64,000 nucleotides of DNA from Chrysomallon squamiferum (taxonomy: Eukaryota > Animalia > Mollusca): positions 13,392,001 to 13,456,000 of the forward strand of contig CM022676.1 in NCBI GenBank assembly GCA_012295275.1, written 5' to 3'. The notes beneath the pieces are model-generated. The model saw only the letters and a list, made by a program, of their open reading frames with translations. It did not search any database and was not told the DNA's origin. The position numbers and the translations under genes are program-made. Positions within the stretch are counted from its first letter, which is position 1. Every line of letters starts with the position of its first letter. Shown here piece by piece: positions 40,401-52,229 of this stretch.

Positions 40401-43400
40401 ATTATTACGGTGTCGTTTATTACTCTTGTTGTTTTCTATTTATTTATTTATTTATTTATTTATTTATTGACTTACTACTTATTTATATTTGTTGATTTCT
40501 ATTTATTTATTTATTTATTTATTTTATTCTATTTTGTTTCATTACTTTTATTATTTTTGTAGGAAATAGAATTCTTGCCACAGACAAGAAAATGCCAGTG
40601 CTTGGTCAGTCTCTTATTTTAATCTACACAAACAGTGAAGAAGACATAACAGGAGGTGTTAATTTCAAACTGAAAGGAGTAACACAAGGAGGATGTTATG
40701 CATCAGGGGGACCGTGTGGTTCTGGATTTAATTACAACGTAACAAGACAGTCTACACATGTCATAACTCTTGAGATTTTTTCTTTTAATGAAGCACAACA
40801 TGCAGGAACCTGGAATGTTACTGAAACTTATCAAAACATTTTGTATTCTGTGAATTTAACACTTACAGCTCCTTTTGCAAGTAAGTTCTTTGAAAATGTT
40901 GGAAATCCATCGTAAGTAGTCATTTAATATATGTCAGCGTTACGTTTAACTTTAGATGAACACACAGACAAAAAAATTTACATTTTTCCCATCCGTAGTG
41001 TAATTTTATCATTTATCAAATACTATTACTAGTATTTAATCAACGCCAATAGTTTCTATTCTTCTACTGTTTTTTTTTTTTTTTTAATTCCTCTTCTCTT
41101 TTCTTCACTTTTTACTTTCGTATATATATATATATATATAAAAGATATTTAGCTTTATGCAAAAACAGAAAAGAAAAAAGTTTAGTTAATTGAATTATTG
41201 TTTAAAATAAGATATGAAAATGGTTTCAATGAAAAATCTAAAATAATAATATTAACAACACAACAATAGCAACAACAACAACAATAGTAAAAAGAAAAAG
41301 AAGAAAAAGATCAAGAAATAAAACAAAAACCTAACAATTTATTTGAAAACATATTTTGAATAGAAATACAATAAAAAATAAATAAGTAAAAAAGTAAAAG
41401 TTTGATTTGCGACTATGGTATTTGCCATGTTTATCTTACATCAAGGTTTACTATGTAGATATTGTACAATATATCCAAATTCTGTAGGACACGTTATTAC
41501 GTCAAACAGCTTCTAGACCTAAATATTTGATAAGAAAATTAACTATTTTATATCACTAAATCATTAAATGATGATAATAATGATGATTATATGTAAAAAT
41601 GCAAAACAATAAAAATAAATGCATTGGAGATGCTATCATTCAAACATGGTGCTTGCTCTTTCAGTGTTTTGTTTATTTCATTATTATTTGATTATAATAT
41701 TTTAGCTGTTGCTGAGGCATCAGTGATAAATTTTACTGATGCGTGTCCAAACCAGACAGACATTGATTCTCAGACAGATTTTACTGTCAGCATAACAACT
41801 GGCTGTGTTTATCCAGCTGTAAAAATCTCCTGGTATTTATCTGGTGAAATGTCTTTGGTAAGTTTGCATTTATAAATAAAATAAAACCGTAAAGAAAATT
41901 ATGAAAAATTATTATTTCAACTGTGATTAATTCATAAGACAAATTTTGTTTGTGCTTTCATTTATGTTTTAACCGCATGAAAGTTCTGTGGTAAGTTTCC
42001 GTTCATAAATAAAATAAAAAATATAATGAAAATTATTCATGTATTATTAAAATACTTTGTTTTTGTTTTACCAAACAATAGCAAGCATCTCCTTCACCCA
42101 CAAGACCCCGCTAAAAAAAAAAACATTCTAAAAATATGTATATTCTTATTCCCAAAATACCTCCTTTCTTTCAAATATTATGTTTATTTTACATAACAAA
42201 AATATGGGTTTTTTCCCCGGTATAAAAACAGATGAAATAGTGTAGATTCATTACAATTTCAAACTTTTATAAATTTGAGCAGATCCAAGCAGCATTTATA
42301 AGAATAATATTTTTTTTTTCCTATTTATTGTTTTGTGTTACATTAGTAAAGGAATAAATCAATAACTGTCATTATATTTCTATTTCATATTTATTTTTAA
42401 GAATTTGACACCAGTTACTATAACAGTCAGTGATGGTTGTACAACTCCACAAGTTAAAACAATTGCTAGGCTGACTATGAATTATTTAACTGTACAAGGA
42501 AAAGTTAATGTCACCACTCACTTGATTCATCTGTCTTTTAATAATGATGTCTATGACAAGTTTATTTGTACTGCAAACTTTGCAGGTAAGTAAAGATTAA
42601 ATATCTGAACTATTCTGTATTGTTATTTGTTGAACTAAACGTATTTACTTTCTTATAGTTATACACACATACACGCACGCACACGTATGCAATAAAACAT
42701 CATCAACTGCTGACATACGAACGTGAAGTATTTTTATGTATTATTTGATATTCAAATTATTAATTCAAATTTTTTATTCATCCGTTCTTTGACAATGATG
42801 TCTATGACAAGCTTATTTGGTCACATTCCAGGTAAGTAAAGATTAAATATCCAAACTATTCTGTATTGTTATTAGCTGAACTAAATGAATTTACTTTTTT
42901 ATAATTATATATATGCAGTAAAAAACATGACGAACTCCTGACGTAGGCATATGAAGTATTTTCATGTCTTAGTTGATATTAAAATTATTAATTCAGGTTT
43001 TTTATGATAAATGAATCAATGAATAAATAATATTTCAATAGATGTTAAGTATGATACAGTAATTTTATTGTTTATATATTGATTACAGTGCAAGTAACAG
43101 AGGTGACACTGTTAAACATCAGTTCACAGAAAGATAAAATACAAGTCAGTGAAGGTTTTGTGTCTCTGACATGTGTCACGTCACCTAGCAACCCAGTCTC
43201 GTCTGTTTACTGGTACAAGAATAATCAACAGATAAACACAGGAATCACCAACATAAATATCACATCAGGTGACCTGACTGTAAGAAAGAGTTCTGTGTCA
43301 TTGACACTGACTGAGTCAGATGATGGACACAGTGTTTACTGCAAGGCCGGGATTCCTGGACAAACTCTTGTAACATCCAACACTGGAATACTTGATGTGT

Positions 43401-46400
43401 GGTGTAAGACTTTTAACATTAGAAATTTTAAAAATGTTTAAATAACTAAATAATTTCTAAATTATCTTAATACTTTTGTTTGTATAAAAATTATGCAATT
43501 TAACTGTTAATACTTATTTAATACATATTTAAATTTATTATTATTCAACTCGTCTTTAAGTAAGTTTGCTTACTGCTTCTTTTCCTGGTCCAGTTTTCAG
43601 AAATATCAGTTACAATTCTAAATATTTCACTATTTGATTAAATTTTACAGATGGTCCATCACAGAATGATGTCAGCGTCAGTTTTACAAATGAACAACTT
43701 GCAGTTGAAGGACGACCTTTGACCTTGACCTGTAGAACACTGACAGCTGCTAAACCAGACGTGGATTTCATCTGGAAGTTTAAAGATGGAAAACGTATTA
43801 ATGGAACAAGGGGAGATAAACACGGTTCATCTGGAAATACTTGGTTTCAAACGCTAACAGTGACACCCAGAAGAGTAGATAATGGGAAGACAATCCTGTG
43901 TACTGTGAGAAACACACATACGCAGACTGAGTCTAGAGGAGAAAAGTTTCTGGATGTGAAATGCAAGTTTATGAAAAATTAGACTTTGAGATAATACATA
44001 TTTATTTTTGAAAATTTTATTTAACAAAATAAATAATATAAAATAATAAAAGTAATAATAAAAAATAGCATAAATATTTCTGATTTCAGATCCACCAAGT
44101 TCATCTCCAGTTGTTTCAGGAACAACGTTTCCTGTGTTTGAGGGTGACCCTGTCACACTGAAATGTTCTACAACTGGTGGAAACCCAAAACCAAATCTGA
44201 ACTGGACATGTTATAATCCTGTACACTGCTCTAACAGAGAAGAAACCATAACATGTACAATATCTTTCATAGCTAACAGGACTCAGAATAACAAAGTGTG
44301 TGAGTGTGTTTCTAGTTGGAAGTATGGCGAATACAACGACAGAAAAAGCAGAAACTTGACTATTTACTGTGAGTAATTTTAGATTGTTTATAATTTATAC
44401 ACATAGCAGCGTACTTTACTGGGTGGGTCCAGATTTTGCACTTAGGAGATATCCGGATTAACAGACGCAAGTAAATACAATTCTCCTATTACAACATGAA
44501 ATATATGTTTGTTAAAAGAAATGTTTATGTTTATTTATTTATGTTTTCAAGACGAGGGAGTCATTTCGAATCTATTATAAATTCTAGAAAAAATAATAAT
44601 GTAAAATAAGATGATTAGATAAACATGACTGATTCCATCTATACCAACTTTTTTCTGATTTTGAAACAACCAAATAGTAATTGTACCTCCTCAGGAGTTA
44701 CATTTTGGATTTGTTTATCAAAATGATTAGAGTTTGTAATGTTTATTTTTCATTTTATTTTTTTTATTTACAAATCATTGAAGCCTTACTCTTTCCACTT
44801 GGTCCTCAACATAACTTTTAAAATATTGACAGGTTAAAACCAATAAATAAATAAGTAAATAAAATCTTTCAAAATAGAAGTTGTTATATATTGTATTAGT
44901 AGGACACATATTCTTGTTTCTGGCATTCCACAAACCACATAAAGAAAATAATATTATTAATTAAAAAAAATTACAGCTCCAATAATTTATGTATGTATGA
45001 ATATAGGATGCTGATTTAAATTACAACAACTAAAACGAGAATATTTGAAATAAAAGAAAAACAAATTTATTCTAATATTCAGTTTTGGTGTTTATCATTC
45101 AACACCTCTCCAAAACAAATAATAAGAATGTTTTGGGGTTGATTTTTTTTTGGGGGGGGGGGTTGCAAGGGGTACAAGCAAAGTTAAATAAAAATAATTA
45201 GTCAATTAAAATGAGAATATGTTTTATAGATCCTCCTAGCAGACCAACACTTTCATCAGATCCTAAACAGCCATGGCTAGAAAACACAGGAGGCTCTTTG
45301 ATTTGTTCTTTACCTGACAGTGGTAAAGGAAATCCAGCAGCTGAGTTTTACTGGACTAGAAATGGATCTGACGTACAACACACAGGATTTAACTTGTCAC
45401 TGACACCTACAAAAGAAAACAATGGAGTCTGGTACAAATGTACAGCTGGAAATAAATTTACAGACAGAAACGGACAATACAGACCTGAATCGAATTCTCT
45501 CCATATTAATGTATATTGTATGTTTATTATTTATTTTTCTTTATGACTTTTATGTTAACTAAGTATATAAGTAAGTAAGTAAATAATGTTGAAATTATTT
45601 TTAAAGATGTCTCGAGTAATAACTGATATTTGCTATTGGTATGCTGATCTCATATCTACAAATACTAAACAGCAATACACAGATACTAATTCATTTGCTT
45701 TTCATAATTGTACATATTTTCTCAATATTTATTAATTGTATATTAACTTCACGTTTATAGTTTTATCTGGAATAATTCACGACTTTTACATTGCAATCTA
45801 TAATTTCTCTTTTCACGTATTCTAATTTTTGTTCATACATTTTTTTATTTTTTTCAATCTCTGTAGATGCACCCAGAGTAAGAATTTTATCAGAGAGTCA
45901 CATCAGAGTTGAACTTGGAAAACTTGTGATATTACGCTGTACAGCTGACAGTAATCCAGACAGTGTTGTATTTGAATGGCGAACTGGTACAAAACACCTC
46001 ACTGACAGTTCTCTGTTTCAAATCTCCTCATTTCAACAGTCAGACCAAGGAGAGTACACGTGTTCAGCAACTTCAAAAACTTCTTTTAACACTTCAATGT
46101 CAGGATCTGCCAGTGTCATTGTTACAGGTAACTTTAGTTACACTTTTTCATCTCACCTTTGTTAGCAAATTCAACTTATTTTGTTATTGTTTCCATACCT
46201 GCCAGAACTAGCCAGTGTAAATTTTCATATGCAAACATTATTAGAATGTGGGTGTGGGTGTGCCTATATATATATATTATTCCCAACGTTAAATTATTTA
46301 AATATATTGCAGATGAAATTAGTACACAACACAAATCCTTTTTCACGTTTTAGTTCTTGAATCAGCTCCTGAATGGTGTTACTGCACAAATGTGTCAGAA

Positions 46401-48499
46401 AATTCAGTAGACATCAAGTGGAAATACAACACAAACAAGTTCACTAGATTCACTGTTGAACAACTCCTGTCTACTGAAGACCAGTCTATCAGTCTACAAG
46501 TGTCAGACAATAAGACACACGACAAGACTTTTTCTTTACACGTTTCTCATCTCAAGTCCAATTCTTCCTACCACTTTAAAATTTACTCTTCTGCAAATAA
46601 AACTGACAGCCGTTACTGTTTGACTGTTTGTACCACTTTAACAACAATAAATTTTAGTAAGTAAAATATATATGTAGTTTTCAATTCTTCATTTAAAATT
46701 TCAGCAAAAGATATATATTTCTTTTTCACTGTGATTTTTTTTTTTTTTTTTTTACCGTACTTGTATACAGGTTCTGGTGAATCTAAGATAGTCCAAACGA
46801 TTTACGTTATTTAGTGAAAGATCTTTAGAAGAAAGGATTGTAATTTAAAAAAAGATATCTTAAAATTAAACGTTACTGCGGATCACTGATTTATGTTTTG
46901 AACTTGTTATTATAATCACTGTAGAAGAATTTTCGTCCATGGAAACACTTGGAACTGGAATTGGAATTGGTCTGGCAGTAGGAATACTTCTGCTCTGCTG
47001 TCCTGCAATAATTATTCTGTTCATCTTGAGGAGAAGAGGTTACACATTCCGAGGTCAGTTAAATTTTAAATTCATTCAGTAGTTATTGTTTTACTGTTTT
47101 GAATATTTCCTATTTATTTATTTTTTTGTAGTTTTTAATTATTTATTTTAAAATTAGCTTTCTTTCTTATTTTTTACTTTTAATATTATTTCTGTTTAAC
47201 TTTATATGTGTATGTGTCCGTGAGTTGTGTGTGTGTTAATTTATCTATTTGGATAATTGTTTCTTTCACTTTTCTTTGCTTGTTTTAAAAAAAAAACTAA
47301 TCAAATTATTTCAATGTAAGAGTACTTATTTAGCTTCTAAAATACAACTATAAATATATCTTATAGGTTCAGACACCAAAAATGAAAATGAAATACATAC
47401 GTGAGTACTGTGTTGAAATACTTCTGATTACTACTGTTATAAGAGATATTCAGTGTCTACTTACATGTTACGTGCAGACCTTGTTTTGACATAGACACTA
47501 GTATGTCTAAAGTGCATAAATATATCTTACTTATGTTTAAAGCCAGTTTTCCTGTAAAATTGTATCAGGATTGAATGTATATTAAATGTTAATAAAATAT
47601 CTGCACTGTCGCACTAATATAACCGCGTCTGCAAAGTATGTTAGTGTCTCGTTAATGCAATGCTAGTGAAACCAAATATACTTGAATGAGATACCAGTAT
47701 ATTTTTCTTATTGTGTTTCACAGATATCAAGATGTATCAATGGATTCAGTCCAGGAAACAGCTGTTCGTTCAGGTAAAATAAGAAAACCAGTGTTTTGAA
47801 TAATCTTTTTAGATCCTAGTTTTACTAGAGCACTTTCCTTTCCAAAGAAGCTGTCCCTTTGAGACATAAAACGATTCAAACTGAAGTAGATCTTGAAGCA
47901 GTAATCAAGATGATTATACACACAAAGAGGCAGACTGTTACATACAGTCAGATATTTTATTCACTTCGTGAAGAGTTTGAATAATTTATAAGTTTCAACC
48001 AAGACTGAAAGAACATTATTAGGTTTGTTTTATGTACACAATAGTGTGGTAAATTCAAAGAAACTGCAGTAAATTAAATGAATTAAAAATAAGCGCCTAA
48101 TATTTTTTTTCAAATTCCGGTAACAATTTCTTTAATAAATATTTTCTAGAAAATATAACGGAAAAATACTTTATCAAATTGTGTACAAAGAAAATGTGTT
48201 TATGAAAATATTAATTAATTTATAGAACTTTCTCAAATACCTACAACTCAGTACGAGTGTCTACAATCACGTGATGCACCTGCGTATGAAAAGCTGAAGG
48301 TGTCTGATAACAGACCGAGTTCAGGTAATAACATTTATTTAGAATTATTCACTTTTATCTATCATATTAAAATTTATCGAACTACGATGAAAATTGATAA
48401 TAACTTATTTATATGTTAAAATAAAATGTGTATTTGTAAAGAAAATCTGAAAAGTTTTTATTCCGTATTCGTTATCAGAAGGTTTGTATGCCAATAGCA

Positions 48500-48535
<36 letters not shown>

Positions 48536-48624
48536 CATATTTTGGAAACGTGTTAGAAATCATGGCTTCCAGAGTCTCTGTAGTTATTTCAATTCTTCTT
48601 TATCCTAGATCGTTTTTGTCCTTT

Positions 48625-48655
<31 letters not shown>

Positions 48656-48703
48656 TTCTTTCTTTCTTTCTTTCTAGGGAATGTATATGAAAATACTGTA
48701 TAA
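35816..48703 (+). CDS. IgSF gene C: SP-7xIg-FN3-TM receptor with ITAM-like tail (nephrin/hemicentin-like Ig domains), about 934 aa
   Basis: Leader 35816-35870 (or 36674-36728 / 35187-35241), then 40563-40880, 41706-41857, 42402-42585, 43089-43403, 43651-43962, 44090-44368, 45230-45517, 45867-46127, 46354-46656, 46925-47053, 47367-47400, 47724-47773, 48226-48324, 48678-48703. Total 2805 nt, all junctions in frame. Confidence 0.85.
36674..36728 (+). CDS. Second intact cassette leader exon (array C)
   Basis: MPLLIYLFVSLMIVTYSL-G|GTGAAT; promoter 36580-36673 more degenerate, ETS core lost. Confidence 0.65.
37232..37383 (+). pseudogene. Cassette with lost phase-1 donor
   Basis: ATG 37329 MALLRYLLDSFLTIRSCL then GTTATT; same lesion as the 3158(-) copy. 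Confidence 0.75.
38040..39810 (+). repeat. Non-coding upstream module of about 1.8 kb, paralogous to 50600-52380
   Basis: Long shared blocks, e.g. AGAGCAAAGCAAGGCAGTTAGAAACTAGGTCAGATT, ACAGTGCACGTGACTGTCACAAGGTGACTGGTAG, TAGACGAGATGTTTCACT. Confidence 0.85.
39672..39820 (+). pseudogene. Cassette with near-consensus promoter but truncated leader
   Basis: ATG 39767 MALLGYLLVSLLIVTIN*; donor deleted. Confidence 0.75.
40563..40880 (+). CDS. Gene C exon: atypical V-like Ig domain 1
   Basis: LGQSLILIY...CYASGGPC...VITLEIFSFNEAQHAGTWNV; tgtag|GA ... GCAA|gtaagt. Confidence 0.8.
41706..42585 (+). CDS. Gene C Ig domain 2, split into exons 41706-41857 and 42402-42585 by a phase-0 intron
   Basis: TTGCVYPAVKISWY...SL|NLTPVTITVSDGC...KFICTANFA. 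Confidence 0.75.
43089..43403 (+). CDS. Gene C Ig domain 3 exon
   Basis: LTCVTSPSNPVSSVYWYKN...DDGHSVYCKA. Confidence 0.9.
43651..43962 (+). CDS. Gene C Ig domain 4 exon (GC donor)
   Basis: LTLTCRTLTAAKPDVDFIWKF...DNGKTILCTVRN...LDVK. Confidence 0.85.
44090..44368 (+). CDS. Gene C Ig domain 5 exon
   Basis: PPSSSP...EGDPVTLKCSTTGGNPKPNLNWTC...NNKVCEC. Confidence 0.9.
45230..45517 (+). CDS. Gene C Ig domain 6 exon
   Basis: SLICSLPDSGKGNPAAEFYWTRNG...NNGVWYKCTAGN. Confidence 0.9.
45867..46127 (+). CDS. Gene C Ig domain 7 exon
   Basis: VILRCTADSNPDSVVFEW...SDQGEYTCSA. Confidence 0.9.
46354..46656 (+). CDS. Gene C FN3-like exon
   Basis: NVSENSVDIKW...VSHLKSNSSYHFKIYSSAN, FN3 W and LxxxxxY pattern. 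Confidence 0.8.
46925..47053 (+). CDS. Gene C transmembrane exon
   Basis: LGTGIGIGLAVGILLLCCPAIIILFILRRRGYTFR. Confidence 0.85.
47367..48703 (+). CDS. Gene C cytoplasmic exons (47367-47400, 47724-47773, 48226-48324, 48678-48703)
   Basis: GSDTKNENEIHTYQDVSMDSVQETAVRSELSQIPTTQYECLQSRDAPAYEKLKVSDNRPSSGNVYENTV*; phases 1/2/1/1 are consistent. Confidence 0.75.
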
Positions 48704-48777
48704 CTGATTCAACATCTAAAATTATTAAAATGAAAATTTTCGGACACCTTTGGAAATATCAGTGAGAGACAGAGAGA

Positions 48778-48929
48778 GAGACCTGTAGTAACAGAGAGAG
48801 TTGCAGATGGCCTAGACAGAGTACAAAATCGTGTACTCGGAAAAAAGATAAAAAGTTTAGTCAGAACAAACAAAATGGCGCTGTTTGGATACTTTCTTGT
48901 TTCTGTCGTGATTGTTAGGTTCAGTCTGG
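48778..48929 (+). pseudogene. Cassette with lost donor (first of array D)
   Basis: ATG 48875 MALFGYFLVSVVIVRFSL-G then ACTGG; following 0.8 kb parallels 35930-36700 and 25870-26600. Confidence 0.7.
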
Positions 48930-49674
48930 ACTGGTTCGTGGAATCTTTTCGAAATTGTCCGAGACTTCAAGCTTTGAATAACCAATGGCGTTTTCAGGTG
49001 CTGAAAATGATACAAAACTAGAACAGCATCTAATTCAGTACTTTGATTTGTTGTAACTTTTATCTAATTTATCTGTTATCAAGTCGATAAACTTAAAGAG
49101 ATGCAACTCTTGTCTGATATATTATAACGTTTTCATGTTAACCTCAGATTACAATTTGCCTGATCTAGAAGCATATTCTATAATTGTAACAAAACACAAA
49201 TTGTTTTTATTTTGGTTTTCTCTTTGTACCATTGAATCGTGAGGGTTTTTTGACAAGCGCAAATTGAAACAGAATATATTCTTTATTACAAAGAAAGTTT
49301 CTGTGTTGTGTATCTTTCCAGAATGTGTACGTGTGCATGTGAATTTAATAATTTTATATTATTATACAAATACAAACACGTTACATGGAACGAGTATCAT
49401 AAATAAAATAAATGATTTCAGGTGAAAAAACTCAAGTGGCAAATAGAAAGAATCTAATAAATCAAACTATAATTAGACTATTTATTAATATTCAAAATAT
49501 TTAAATTTTATTTAATAAATAGAAAGCTTTCAGATAAAGTTATATGACTTTAAGTAAATCAATGAAATTTGGCAATTGTGTTTTGTTACTTAAACGAAAG
49601 GATATAATAAAATAAAGTGGCGCCAAATAACAAATAAAGTGAAATGAATAATATATAAAAATTGTAGTCGCTTT

Positions 49675-50012
49675 TATACAATGACAGCGATGTACTAATC
49701 ATGCGACACAATAAGTTAACCTAGATAAAGTAGGTGTATCCGGTAGAAAACATTAGAAGTGCACAACGCCGCTCTTAACATATTTACTGGGTTTTTTCCG
49801 CAAGTCATGAAACAATGATACTTTAGTACGTACTTCCCTTCATTCAGTTTAATAGTTAATACTAGGCTAAGCGAGAATAATGTTATGAAAGTCAGAAAGA
49901 AGTAGTCTCTCTATGATAGAGAGAGCGCTGTAGTAATAACGTGACACAAAAAGATGACGTACAGAGAGCACAACTCATTCACCCGTAGAAAACAAGTTTA
50001 GTCACAACATAC
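49675..50012 (+). pseudogene. Two degenerate cassettes (ACG-start copy at 49766; promoter-only copy 49920-50010)
   Basis: ACG-CCG-CTC-TTA-ACA-TAT-TTA; GAGCGCTGTAGTAATAACGTGACAC...AAACAAGTTTAGTCACAACAT with the leader deleted. Confidence 0.65.
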
Positions 50013-50285
50013 TAAAAATTACTGGGAATAAGATTCATGTACACAAAACAGAAAACCTTCATTCAGTTTGTGTCCCGGTTACAGTTGGTTTTGTGTTCAA
50101 ACATGACCTAAAATTTTGTCACTATATAATTATGTAAACTGCACGACATATCTATAACAAGTGAGAAAATCGCAGTATGAAAACCGAGTTTTAACTAAAC
50201 TGTTCCGAATGAGGTAAATATTACAGTATGAAACCTATTTGAATATTTTAAAAGGTCATTCAGTTGCGGCACATGAATAATAATA

Positions 50286-50322
<37 letters not shown>

Positions 50323-52229
50323 TGATGATGATGATGATGATGATGAAGATGATGATAATAATAATAATAATAAAACAATATTTGATTATTCATAACTTTA
50401 CTTCAGCTGGTACTATAAAAATAGTTTCTATTCCACTTTAGTCAGAGTGAATCTATATCTAGATGATGATATATTTTTAGAAGGGATACATTATAAAAAT
50501 CTGGTCCATAAATTTTATTTTTTCTTCTTTATTTTACATCAACAATATGAAATGAACTCAAAATCTTCAGAGACTTTTCGCTCAAAGTCTCTAACACACA
50601 GACTGTACTTATGATTATGCCGAGAAGTGATATGGCTAAACAACTTTGATTATGATTAACAAAGATGGAGGCAGAGTGAGATGATGTACACGTAACGGCT
50701 CCCATATCATTTCAGCGCAGATTTAATCACGTAAATATAAATATAAACCAATGAGACACTAGCAGCTACAATAAATTATACAATGGGCGCACTGGGACGA
50801 ATTTGTCTTGTTATCTATGATAACTCAGCTCTGCACTTCAGTCAATAGGCTCTTTCTACTTACAACACTAACATGATAGCATTGCAAATCCTCATTTAGA
50901 AAGAAATGTATGCTCGACACCTAATTTTTTTATTTATTTTTTTTTTTTTTCACGAAGATCAGTTAAGGTATCATGTATCATTAATTAGTCATCACATTTG
51001 TAATATCACTCATGAACACTTTTATTTTATGACAAGAACAAGAACAACATCAACAATAGATTATGCAGTGTCATTCACATGAAAACAGACGAAGTTAAGA
51101 TTTTATTTTTTATTACGATGTTGTGAAATTCAGTGTTCTGCAGTGCTAGAGAAATGTTCAGTGGCAGTTTGAGATGGTGTAGTGTTACAACTTACTGACA
51201 CACACTGCAGAACTTAACACAGAGCAAAGCAAGGCAGTTAGAAACTAGGTCAGATTGCAGAAAATATCAGTTTGGATCGTTTCGACTGTAATGTTATTCC
51301 AGATAACGGGGATATTCTCCCTGACTGTGAAAAGTATTTTAGGTAAAGTATTTGTTTCTTTGTAGCCTCGTCTTTCTCATCTGTTTTCTCTTTCTTTTTA
51401 ATTAATTTATCTTCCTTTAGATATGTAGTTTTTAATATGTTGTTGTTGTTGAAAACTACTGAGAGCTAATGAGGTGGTATAATCAGACTGGATCTGTTGA
51501 ATTAAACAAGAAAACGTTATAAGCTGGACTTGATATTTTGAGTGAGAGAAGAAAAAAGAAAACAGTGCACGTGACTGTCACAAGGTGACTGGTAGAGGAA
51601 GATGATTCTGTGCATAATGAGCTGATTCATACTTAAATTCGTGATAGTTTAACCGAATTAATCTAACTTTAGTGATTCTAATAAAACCAAGTAATTTTCC
51701 TCTTAAAAAAAAAAAAAATGAAAACATAATAATAAATAAATAAATAAATAAATAAATACTTTTCAGCTCTTAGTTTTCTGCCATAGACGAGATGTTTCAC
51801 TGTTTTCGTTAGTAAGAAAGCCAGAATTTTCTGTCTTTTCTATTCTTCTTTTCAGACGAGTTGTCTGTTCTTGATTATCTCTTTGATTTTAACGAAAGCA
51901 GATATCGATCTGCCTGCTCAGGATTTGCTTCTTGTCCCCCCCCCCCTGCAGTTAAAATTATAAGCGCAACAATTTAAGACGTGTGTAAAATGACAGAAAA
52001 AGATATAAAAAGATAAAAAATAGTATTTTTTACTAATCTGTATAAAATATTTCAAATAAATAGAAACTACCCAGAATAAGCTTCAACGGTATAAGTAATT
52101 CAGTTTATTGTAAAAGACATTTGGTTATTTGTTTGTGTTATCTAAATCAAAGAAATAGATGAACTGAGGCGCTAAGTAAGAAACGAAGTGAATTAAATAT
52201 ATGTAAAACGCATACACTTTTACACAATG

